Below, one piece after another: positions 13,151 to 24,309 of a stretch of DNA of 64,000 nt. The stretch is taken from NCBI GenBank assembly GCA_043228905.1, contig JBHGNT010000010.1:8122001-8186000 (forward strand), read 5' to 3'. Within the stretch, counting starts at the first letter, position 1, and the number at the start of each line of letters is the position of its first letter. Under the pieces are notes generated by a model. It had not been told where the DNA came from. It searched no databases and was given only the letters and a program-made list of their open reading frames with translations. This DNA is from Azolla caroliniana (taxonomy: Eukaryota; Plantae; Polypodiophyta). The translations under genes and the position numbers were made by a program.

Positions 13151-14070
13151 CACTTTGGTACATCATCCAGTAATGATATGTAACATGTGAACAATCATCC
13201 TCAACCTTCTTTCTCTCATGCAAGAGATGAGGAATGCCACATACATTAGGCATGTTATATTATTCTTATGAAAACAACATTATTGCAGGGTGTTCTTTAG
13301 GAGAAAGCCATATGCAAGATGTTCTTCAGGAGAAAGCCATATTGCATAGGATTTGTGTCAATTGATCATGGCATTCGATATCTTGCAAAACACGACTAAT
13401 CCACTTTCTAGCTTCTTTAGAGTTTCCAAGTGCCCTTGCATGTAGACTGTGGTGTCATCTACAAATTCTATAGCCAAGAGGCTTTGATAAGAATGTGGCA
13501 CAGGAAGACTACCTAGGTTTGGATGCCACGAGTTGAGATAATAATACAAGGTTTCCTTCACTTTGGTACATCATCCAGTAATGATATGTAACATGTGAAC
13601 AATCATCCACGACCTTCTTTCTCTCATGCAAGAGATGAGGAATGCCACATACATTAGGCATGTTATATTATTCTTATGAAAACTACATTATTTCAGGGTG
13701 TTCTTCAGGAGAAAGCCATATTGCATAGGATTTGTGCCAATTGATCATGGCGTTCAATCTCTTGCAAAACACGACTAATCCACTTTCTAGCTTCTTTAGA
13801 TTTTCCAAGTCCCCTTGCATGTAGACTACGATGTCATCTGCAAATTCTATAGCCAAGAGGCTTTGGTGAGAGTGTGGCACAGGAAGACCACCTAGGTTTA
13901 GATGCTGCAAGTTGAGATAATAATACAAGGTTTCCTTCTCTTTGGTAAATCATCCAGTAATGATATGTAACATTTGAACAATCATCCACAACCTTCTTTC
14001 TCTCATGCAAGAGATGAGGAATGCCACATAGATTAGGCATGTTATATTATTCTTATGAAAACAGCATTAT
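12925..14070. repeat. Three tandem copies of a ~379-bp unit (LINE RT FADD segment + adjacent DNA)
   Basis: AAAGCCATATTGCATAGG recurs at 12925, 13333 and 13712. Three near-identical minus-strand ORFs contain HSHQSLLAIEFADD. Confidence 0.9.
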
Positions 14071-14779
14071 GGAATTGCAAAATGTTATTTGGTAAATTAG
14101 AGACTTTTGCTTTCAATTTTCATAATTTGAAATGCAATCAGATTGTCTCGATATGATTATTGTCAATATTTCAAATGATTATCATGTTTTTATTACTTGT
14201 CTATTGTAGAACATGATAGATTTATAAATATATGTTTATATCTATATATAGAATTTGATTCTCTACATGTAGTTATGCTAATCATTATATGTTAAAGAGA
14301 TTGATAACAAGTTATGTATCCAAGTGTCAAATTCTCCATTAAAAAAATGCACATATTGACAAATGGGCATTGATCTACGGTCACGCAAATCCAAATTTTG
14401 TCTCTCTGTATGCACAGGAAAGATATTCAAATTAAGAGAAGAATATCGGAACTTAATTGGCATTTACTCACAAGCAAGAGAAAGTAAATGCATGGTGACT
14501 TCACTCTTTAGGCTTGTATATTCATAATAAGAAGGGAAAGATAATGTGTTATGGTTCTCTTTCAATACACACACCTTCCACTTCGGCGTTAAGGATGTAT
14601 GCATAGGTTGTAAGAGAACTTCGAGCAACCAAGATTGACATACTCAAATGGTCGAGAAAGGAAACACATGTTTGGATTATTGATATGTTTAATTGTGCAT
14701 TACAACATGGAAAATGCCTCACAATTGGGGTACAAATGAGATCCAACCTTCACATAAAGGGGAAGACATAAAAAATATA

Positions 14780-15520
14780 AAGAACTATGTTGGAGAATTA
14801 TATTTGATTCTCTTATGGTAAAGCTTTTTGGATATATAATGGAGGCTATGTTAAGTACATGTGTTGAAAAGAATGGTGAGAGGGCTTATGGACAAACTAG
14901 TTTTTTTAAAACATCATAGCACCATCGATCACCTATTATTTATTATATGCGAATGGAAAAAGCTTGAAAGGTAAAAGATTATGTTGCTACTTCTTAGAAC
15001 TCAAGGAAGCATTTGATGTGTTGTCCTATTGGTATCTTTGAAGACACATTGATGAACTCAAGGTACACAGTGAATATACGCTCACAATCTCTCAAATCTA
15101 TTAAAAGGTGATATGCCATGTGTATTTGGGAGATGAAATTTCAAACTTTTTGCCCTAACACTATTGGTGTAAGCAAGGATGTCCAATCTCACCAACTTTG
15201 TTTGGTTTATGCAAGGAACAAGAAGTTTGTAACCCAAGAAGGCATTGACGAAGTTGAATAGCTTATACTATGGTGGGTTTTGCAAATCCTTTAGAAGATT
15301 ACCCAAAGCTTTTGCATCAATTGGAAAAAAATTATATGCATGGTCACTTGAGTATTTATAACTAAAAACCGAATATTATGCTTGTGAAGGTTCAAAATAA
15401 GGTTAGCCATGTATTGTGTATAGAAGTGCGCCATTAGAAATCGTAGTTAGCATTAATTGTTTATTGGCTTGAGGTTCTCTGCAATCATAGATGAAATTAA
15501 TATGTTACTCGTTACTTAGA
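14780..15520 (+). pseudogene. Degenerate LINE RT fragment related to the LINE at 46852-49696
   Basis: Remnant STIDH, KEAFD and TIGV-QGCPISPTLFGL motifs (about 14915-15210). Confidence 0.6.
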
Positions 15521-15636
15521 AGTGATTTGATGTTCTATTTAATTATGGAGTGTGAGGCTCAACATCAAGGTTTGTTGCATCACTAATGAGTAGTGATTCA
15601 TGCATTGTGTCTCTTAGAAGAGTTTGGCCAATTATA

Positions 15637-16596
15637 GCTTGACCTAAGTTGTCTTTGTCCCACAATTCAAGTCCATTATTATAGCAATTTCATTAAAACA
15701 TAGAAATTTACTTCATGATGAATATCGTCAAAAATGGTTTCAAAATAACAAAGTGGTTCAGATATACACCACTCATGGGTTCTTCACCATGAAAAAATTT
15801 TCTTCTCCTTATCTAACCTTTGTTGCTAAACAAGCATAACTACCCGATCAATAGGAAATATAGATAAATCCATTATCTTTCTCGTAAGCTTAAGAAATGA
15901 AGAATTTAATAAACAATAAAAAGCTCTAAAATTAAATATTTTAAGTAGGAAAAAAGTAATGGGATGAAAGCAATTATAAAACACCACAATTTACAAGCAG
16001 GTTTGATTCCAATTAGACCCCCACTAGATTCTGAAACTTTTGAGTCTAACAATGAGCATTCGTCCTCATTTTACAGATTTCATAAGCTCTCTTTGCTAGA
16101 TAAAAATAGAACCTCGGCTTGACCTAAGTTGTCTTTGTCCCACAATTCAAGTCCATCATTATAGCAATTTCATTAAAACATAGAAATTTACTTCATGATG
16201 AATATCGTCAAAAATGGTTTCAAAATAACAAAGTGGTTCAGATATACACCACTCATGGGTTCTTCACCATGAAAAAATTTTCTTCTCCTTATCTAACCTT
16301 TGTTGCTAAACAAGCATAACTACCCGATCAATAGGAAATATAGATAAATCCATTATCTTTCTCGTAAGCTTAAGAAATGAAGAATTTAATAAACAATAAA
16401 AAGCTCTAAAATTAAATATTTTAAGTAGGAAAAAAGTAATGGGATGAAAGCAATTATAAAACACCACAATTTACAAGCAGGTTTGATTCCAATTAGACCC
16501 CCACTAGATTCTGAAACTTTTGAGTCTAACAATGAGCATTCGTCCTCATTTTACAGATTTCATAAGCTCTCTTTGCTAGATAAAAATAGAACCTCG
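15637..16596. repeat. Near-perfect 480-bp head-to-tail duplication
   Basis: 15637-16116 matches 16117-16596. Only one difference noticed (15677 T vs 16157 C). Confidence 0.95.
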
Positions 16597-19310
16597 TCAT
16601 TTTGGCATGCACCATTGCTTTCTCAAACATGTGTTTTTCCTTATCCTTGCATGGGCGCTTTGTTGTAGCGAAATGTATGTGGATCATTCACATTTACCAA
16701 CAGTTTTTCATCATCACTTATGCATAGTGACTCCATTTTCCCCTTCCAAATGTTATTATTGGTTTCCTATGCTTGATCGTTTCATTAGCAATGGCTATCT
16801 CTTATTGTTGATATCCATGCCACGCCATGACCTTTCTAAAAAGTCACTTGACTTCCAAATTTTGAATTTTATGTGTACTATATAATAATCTCAAGGATTT
16901 ATAAGCAACAATTTTGTGGGACACTTGTATAAAAGCAATTATTTCATTTTAATGTCTTGTTTGTATAAAGGGGATTCAATCACATTGTGCTTTAGCACAT
17001 AGTCTTTTGTTTTATTGAAGATGAACGTTGTGGCCATTAGAACATCTACATCAAGTTCATTAACTTTTAGTAAGCTCTGATGCTTACACAGATTTCTTTA
17101 ATCCATTGATGAAATACTCACAACAAACAAGTTAAAAAAAAAAAAGGTTATTCATGAAAAAAACAAATCATAAAGATAACGAAGTGTCGATATTGAAGTT
17201 TCGAATGTTTGTATTCTTATTGATAAGCTTAACTTCCAAAGCAAACTCAAATAAGGGACACTCGTGAAAAAAGACTTTTACAAAATTCTTGAACCTTTCT
17301 AGCAAATCGTGATGTACAAGAGAGTAACTCAGTGTAGCTTTAAACAACAGGTATCAAATCAAGCATTAAATATACTTTTGCAACCAATAGATTATTATTG
17401 GACATGAAAAAATAGACTTAAAGGCAATTTGATTGGGGTTTAAGTGTAGAATGGATCTTTGGCATTGGATGTGATAAACATGTTATGCCTAGTCTATGCC
17501 TTACGTACAAGCACAATAGAAAACAAGCCTAGTTCGTATGACAAGTAATGCACAATTTGGTCTCTACAATACGATGGCCTCAACATCTTGAGCACAATTA
17601 AGCATGAATCTTGATTGTATGATGAAGGGAATACGACAAAAGCATTTCACATTGTGGAGCGCTACATATTTTCAAAAAAATTAGATTTGAGTAACACAAA
17701 CATAAAATGCTAAAACACGGTGCCCAAGGATTGTTTCTAAGAAAGTCATTGCCTACCATTATCAATATGATAGCTATGAAAGGTTTTAGCTTGAACGATT
17801 GCTTGAACATTTACTCTCCAGAGTACAGTCAACAATTTTCTTATATGAGAAATGCACTTTCCTTTGTGAAAATTTGTCTCATTTGCTCCACATTTACTCG
17901 ACTCGGCCTTTGTACCACATTTTTCTAATCTAAATTGTTTTTAAATTTGAAAAAAAATGTATAATTATAAATTGGATACAGTTTAATCATGTGAACTATA
18001 GAATTATAAATTTGCTTCCAAGTGAAACTTAAAAGTTAATTTTAATCATTGTGATATACTTGCAATGTTCTCTTAAAGTAAAAAAACTTATCTTGATCTT
18101 TCTTGAATGTGTGTGAGGGTTTTTCTTGTAATGGTGTAAATTATGTGTACCCCGTTGGGCACATCACGTGCCTTGTTGGACTAACATACACAATGTTATG
18201 CAATTGGAACTTTGTTTACGATTAACAAGTACCAATACTCATCACAAATAGACATTGTAGGAACTTACAAAAAACACACTCAAGTAATTACCTCATATTA
18301 TATAAAAGGATCTCTATTGAGATCAAGCTTTATTTCTGGCTAGACGTAAGATTTAATCTTCACCTGTTCGTAGGTAGCACTTTGGTGGTTCAATTTATGC
18401 CTAAATTTTGGAAGGGAGGGAGTTTTCTTTATGAGCATTCAAGTGTGCAAATGTATCGAAAAAAGTTGATTTGAGAGGTAAAGTACAACGATTGTCTTAA
18501 CCGATGCATCCATGAATACAAATAAGGAATTTTGTTGATGAAAAAAGGCCATTGAAATTGTCTTCCTCCTCATTAAACTCAATATAAAGAAATAATGCAT
18601 CACGACTTGGAATTTGATGTGGACAGCTAATTGAGTTTGAGCAAAACTATATTAGCAAAAATATGTGGGTGTATTCAAACCCAAAAGTCTACGGAAATAT
18701 TAGGCACAACCACCAAAACACCTTGGCTTGGAGGCGCGAACCCCAATTTACCTATTGATGTTTTTGAACGATTGATGTGGATGAGAGAGAGCGTAAAAAC
18801 ATTTTTTACCGTTGTAATAAAGTTTGGGGGGAGGGGTGCTTTGCTATCATGGATGTCACGTTGGCTCAAGGAATGTACAAATCAATGGGACAAAAAAGAA
18901 GAAGAAAAAGAAGGGAAAAGTTTCAATCTTCACATGGAACATGGGGGAAGTGTCATCAACAATCGGGGTGGGGGGGGTTACAGGCCATCCTTCTCCAATG
19001 GATAGTAGCGACAACGCGGGACATGGTGCCAGGTGGCGATCTTGAACAGGCACCCAACTTGTTTTCACACCCACATGAAAACAAGCAACTATTTGTCTCT
19101 ATTGGTTTCCTTCTCTCATCTCATTCAATTCCACTTTTATACATACACACATACATACAATCAATACGTACATACATACATACACACATAGAGTCAATTT
19201 ACTCTTTCCAAACCCAATCTCTTTCTCTCTCACTCACACATAGACACATTACCACACACATTAGTATGGTATGGTATGGTGATTGAGCCTTAGAAAATGA
19301 GTTAATCACC

Positions 19311-20975
19311 ATGAAAACTATGGTTCAATCTACTAGACACTCTCCATGGTTTTCCAACACAAATTCTTCATCACCACAACAACATGGTGATTATGGCCAC
19401 CAAAAACAAGTCCTCCACCTCCTCATGAATTGCCAATTAGTCAATGATGTTATACCTCATCTTGGCCTAGATCCTCCTCAGGATCTAACCCTCTCCCTTC
19501 CGTCGGAGTGCTTGTTGACCATTTTCGCCAAGCTTTCTGCTTCGGACCGCAACAATTGCTCGTTGGTTTGCAAGCGGTGGCACTCGGTCGACGCCGCCTC
19601 GCGTGACCACGCCACACTCGAAGCCCGGCATGACCTTGTAAAGCATATCAAACCCCTCTTGCTCCGCTTCGACCGCCTCACCTCTATCTCTCTTAAATGC
19701 CCCCGCCATGTCCTTAGCATCGACGACTCGGCCCTCGCGTTGATCGGCGAGATGTCGCCCAATCTCCACAAACTCAAGCTGAAGAGCTGCCGCGCGATCA
19801 CCGACGCGGGGCTCGAGCTCTTCTCCAAGGCTTGCCCCTCCCTAAGGAAGCTCTCTTGTAGCTCTTGCGGCTTCGGGGCCATTGGGTTGAATGCGATCGT
19901 GCGGAATTGCGGGGACCTTGAGGATCTCTCGGTGAAGAAGTTCAAGCGGCTCCTCGAGAATCCCCCGCTCGACGCGATCGCATCGGGGAAGGGAAAGCTC
20001 CGGAGACTGTCATTGAAGGATGTGTGCAATGCTCAATTCTTCGGGACGCTCATCTCAAGCGCGAGGGGCCTCCGCTCGCTCGTGCTGGTGAGGAACCCGG
20101 GCTATTGGGACCATCTCTTCCAGGCGGTTTCGGGAAGCTTGGGGGAGCTATCGGAGCTTCGGTGTGACTCCTTGCACATGGGCGACACGGCCTTGCTTGC
20201 GCTCTCCAAGTCTTGCAAGAAGCTCGAGGTCTTGTACCTCGTGAAACCGTCCTTGTCGTCGTCATCGGAGTGCACGAACCACGGGCTGGGGGCCTTGTTC
20301 ACGGGGTGTGGGGCCAGCCTCAAGAGGGTCTACTTGGACGACCGGAGGTCCGGCCACCTCGGGGATGCCGGCTTCCTCTCGATGGCCAAGAATTGCAAGG
20401 AACTCAAAGATCTAATCCTCATCGGGGTGAATGCGAGCCGGGGAAGCCTCCTAGAGGTGGCCTCTGGATGCACCGCACTCCAAAGGATGGCCCTATGCCA
20501 CGCCGAGAGCATCGGGGACACGGAGATCCGCGGGATCGGCTCCCGCTGCTTGTCCCTCAAGAAATTGTGCATCAAGAATTGCCCCGTGTCCGACCACGGG
20601 CTGGTCTCCACTCTCTCGACCGGCGGCTTCCCGGGCCTCGTGAAGCTCAAGGTGAAGAAGTGCGCGCGCGTGTCGGGGGCCAGCAAGGCATCATCATGGC
20701 TTGGCACAGCCCGAGCCGAGCTCTTGGTCTCCGTGGACGATGCCGGCCCCCCGCCCACCTCCTCCTCCTTGTCCGAAGGCAATGCCGAGGAGAACCATGC
20801 CGCCGGGGACACTTATGAGCGGGGCACGCGTGTTATAAGCTCGTCCACGGCCATGCCTTGTGGTAGCCAGTCTAGTACTCTCTTGAAGAGTAGATTCTCA
20901 GTGGCAGCAACTAACCTCCTTAGGAAGCTCCCAAAGTCATCCTCATCATCTTGTTCACCCATGACTTACATATGA
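19311..20975 (+). CDS. F-box/LRR protein, VFB/SKIP2 family, intronless
   Basis: F-box LPSECLLTIF...CSLVCKRW, then family-typical RFD..SISLKC, KLKLKSCRAITDAG, SCSSCGFG, LKKLCIKNCPVSD, LVKLKVKKC. Intact 554-aa ORF, GC-rich. Confidence 0.92.
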   Translation: MKTMVQSTRHSPWFSNTNSSSPQQHGDYGHQKQVLHLLMNCQLVNDVIPHLGLDPPQDLTLSLPSECLLTIFAKLSASDRNNCSLVCKRWHSVDAASRDHATLEARHDLVKHIKPLLLRFDRLTSISLKCPRHVLSIDDSALALIGEMSPNLHKLKLKSCRAITDAGLELFSKACPSLRKLSCSSCGFGAIGLNAIVRNCGDLEDLSVKKFKRLLENPPLDAIASGKGKLRRLSLKDVCNAQFFGTLISSARGLRSLVLVRNPGYWDHLFQAVSGSLGELSELRCDSLHMGDTALLALSKSCKKLEVLYLVKPSLSSSSECTNHGLGALFTGCGASLKRVYLDDRRSGHLGDAGFLSMAKNCKELKDLILIGVNASRGSLLEVASGCTALQRMALCHAESIGDTEIRGIGSRCLSLKKLCIKNCPVSDHGLVSTLSTGGFPGLVKLKVKKCARVSGASKASSWLGTARAELLVSVDDAGPPPTSSSLSEGNAEENHAAGDTYERGTRVISSSTAMPCGSQSSTLLKSRFSVAATNLLRKLPKSSSSSCSPMTYI

Positions 20976-21189
20976 GCAGTCTCTTTCTCTTTCTTGTTAC
21001 CATTTTTTTTTCGACAAAAAAGAAATACATATCTCTTATATGTGGGCAACAAACTTGGTGTCTCTATGTGTGCAAATTCATGGGGTTCCCGAAGTTCCCG
21101 ATGACAAACAATGCTCCTTAATTTTCCGTTCAAGCCATTTCTTTTACAACATTAAACTGTATCTCTCCATTGATTTCTATATATTCGTA

Positions 21190-21640
21190 TGTGCATTAAG
21201 TCTAAAGCCGAAGGTATACATTTTGTTACGAGCAATTGCTTAACACTTTTAGTAAGCTTATGAGTCTGAATCTGAAGTAGTAAGGTCGAAAACGAAACAA
21301 GAAATCAATGTGAGACATAGTGATGATTTAGAATGCCCCCCACTTTGTAATTAGACATTGTATTATTGTAATGCACGGAGCTCAACCCTTCCCTAAATCA
21401 TCATGATATATGTTGTGCATTAAATCTAAAGGTATACATTTTGTTATTAGCAATTGCTTAACACTTTTAGTAAGCTTATGAGCCCGAATCCAAAGTTGTA
21501 AGGTCGAAAACGAGACAAACTTAGTAGAAATCAATGTGAGACATAGTGATGATTTAGAATGCTCCCCACTTTGTAATTAGAGATTGTATTGTTGTAATGC
21601 GCGGAGCTCTTTCCTTCCCTAAATCCTCATGATGTATGTT
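21190..21640. repeat. Diverged ~225-bp tandem duplication downstream of the F-box gene
   Basis: TGTGCATTAA.TCTAAAG...GGTATACATTTTGTTA...GAAATCAATGTGAGACATAGTGATG occurs at 21190 and 21414. Confidence 0.85.
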
Positions 21641-24309
21641 GGGTATCAATTTTAAGGTTTACTTGATGTTTAATAATCATGTATATGCAATTTCTAATAC
21701 ATGTAAGCATATTTCAATAATTTTTTGTATGAATGGAAACATTTCTCAGGAAATCAAACTTATTCAAATTAGAGTAAAAGCTTTATGATTTTAGACCTCT
21801 GAATCCATGTATTAATAACTATGAATGAATTGTTGTCGTACTAAAAGTGTATAAAAACTACGTTTCTCCGCGTTCTACAGTAAAGGAACGAATCATATAA
21901 TAACACTTTCAATGGAATTTTCAACATCGATTTTGAGTTCAAAATTTGGAGGCTTGAACAATGTATGTTGCACGCAATGCATTTTGGAGAGAGAAACAAG
22001 AACGAGTGACAACAATGATCATCTTCTTGCTTCTATGGAAAGCAAAGAAGAAACTCCACCTTTTTTTGTCCAATAACATTCCACCTTTTTTTGTCCAATA
22101 ACATTTGGTCAGGAACATTATAGGGTCATCACTTACTTTTATGCTAGGGGCTGACTAGTTGAACTTTTTAGTGTACACACTTTGGGTCCAACCTACACCG
22201 AAAGATTGTTCTCCCTTTGGATATTGTCTTGTTAGTAGTCCCTTTAGTTAAACCCGTGGGCCCCTACGGAAGGTTTATCTCTTGTTTATTGCACGTTTCA
22301 TAAGTCTTCCATAGTCACCTATACACACCCGATACTGACATAACCATGCCCACATTCTCTTACGTGTAATAGGATGGAAATTTCTTTTCATATGTATATA
22401 TACATTCAAGGATAATGAGATTCTTACAATTGTAGCCATAAAGAAGATATGCCGAGGCTTATGTGTTATTAAAAGGATTCTAAGTAGAATTACAAGGCAT
22501 GTTTTAAGAGGTCTCAATTGATTTTGAAAGTTTATTAGAAATAGTAACAACATAAGTTGTCCAATTCAAGTTGAGCACATCAATTGAAATCATCTCTCCC
22601 GGGTTATCAACTCACAATAATTCCTAGTGTTGATGCAAAGGGGCACTTCTTTTACTTACTTCAAAGGATGGCTCTCTTGAGTATTGCCTAAGAAATCATC
22701 TGCCTTACAAATAGTTATGTAAACACTTCGAAGGTGTCCAAGTTCCTCTCAGAATCAAACTGAACAACCCAAAAACAAGTTGCTCCTAAGCAAGGATATG
22801 TAGAAACAATAGGCAAATGCATTATGGATGGGTAACATTGCAAATTGCCATCAAAGATTCGCCATCACAACATCTCATAAAATAGTTATATTCTGAAAGA
22901 CTTTAAATTCAATGATATAAAAATTTGATAGCCCCTAGGAAAGAAGGTATATTTTGAAAAACATTTGTTTATGATCTCAAATCTCAAAAAACTATAGAGT
23001 CGAAGATAATTTTTTGCGTGAAGCTCTTTGGTTGAATTCTTATTGAAGACACCTATGTATGTGTGTCAACATAAAAATATTCACCACAACAATAACAATG
23101 ATAATATTCAATACAATGACGATTATATCTTTTTCCATGGATGCCCAACCATAAGGACAATTAAGAACTCACGGTCGCTGATCCAAATCTTGGAAAAGAA
23201 TTTATTTGCAAGAGCCCGTTTGGAAAGCAATTAAGCAAGCACATTCTTGTTTCCCAGCTTAGTATTGGATTATTGTTTGAATGGATTTGAAATGAGACAA
23301 TTTAATATCAAGTATCAGAATCTTGTTTACAAAGGCCCTGGAAATAAAATTCCCCTGGGTCGTTATTTTGATGCAATTGTTTGTGCCAATATTTTAGTTT
23401 TGTGTAAGATGTGTGATTTCCCACATAGAGAAATAATCGAAATTTGCAGGATTGAAACAATCAAGCATGAGAAAGTGTCTGAACCATCAATATATGTTGC
23501 TTGACCCCAATAATTAAACCTGAGAATTGCCATTCTCAACAATGATTTGGAGGAATCATCAGTCTTGACAAGTTCCTGAAATAAGCAAATCCTCAACATT
23601 TCAGGATCCATACCATTCTTCTAATTCTTTTCTCACTTACCATTTGATTTCTGTGAAAGGCTAATCATTCTGCACATAAAAACATGATCCTTTGATATCG
23701 GCTTTCGACACTGGACAAATAAGAAAACACAAAATTTCTGCTATATTACATTGACTTTTGTCGAGTAACAAACTCAACAGATATGATTTATGCCTCCATC
23801 AATGCTATAATCAAATTTAAGTTGGTGTGAATCTTTAAAGTTCGGTAGTTTAATGAGGATGTGCCCAAGATTGAATTAAGGCAGAACCATACGGAGCTAG
23901 AGACAACTATATCACAACTGAACAAAATACACAGACAGATCTTGGATCATGAAGCAAGTTTATGTTGCCAAATTTTGTGTGCTAGTCTCTTATCTGCTCG
24001 ATCAGCATATCATAATTGGAAGTGGACATTGATTCCTAATCATTTTTGTCTCAAATGAACAACCATTCTTCTTAGCATCATTTCCTTGTGCCTGCGATGC
24101 CAATTCCAAGCAAAACCATATGGAGCTAGAGAGAGTTATACCATCAATTGAACACAAGAAACAAGGCGTTGTAGGTTGTGTATTATGTAGTAAGGTCTGG
24201 AAATTATAAGTTGATAACTTATATATCCGATTTTTGCATGTTAATCCTTTATATACATAAAAAACACAAGTCATAATGTCCAGTTCATCACCGGCCATGA
24301 CTACTCTGA

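Noticed and set aside
17598-17810. VGNDFL resembling an XRN exonuclease motif
   Set aside because: Isolated short match with no flanking similarity or splice support.
19478-20818. Several overlapping and antisense ORFs over the F-box gene
   Set aside because: Shadow ORFs expected from high GC content.
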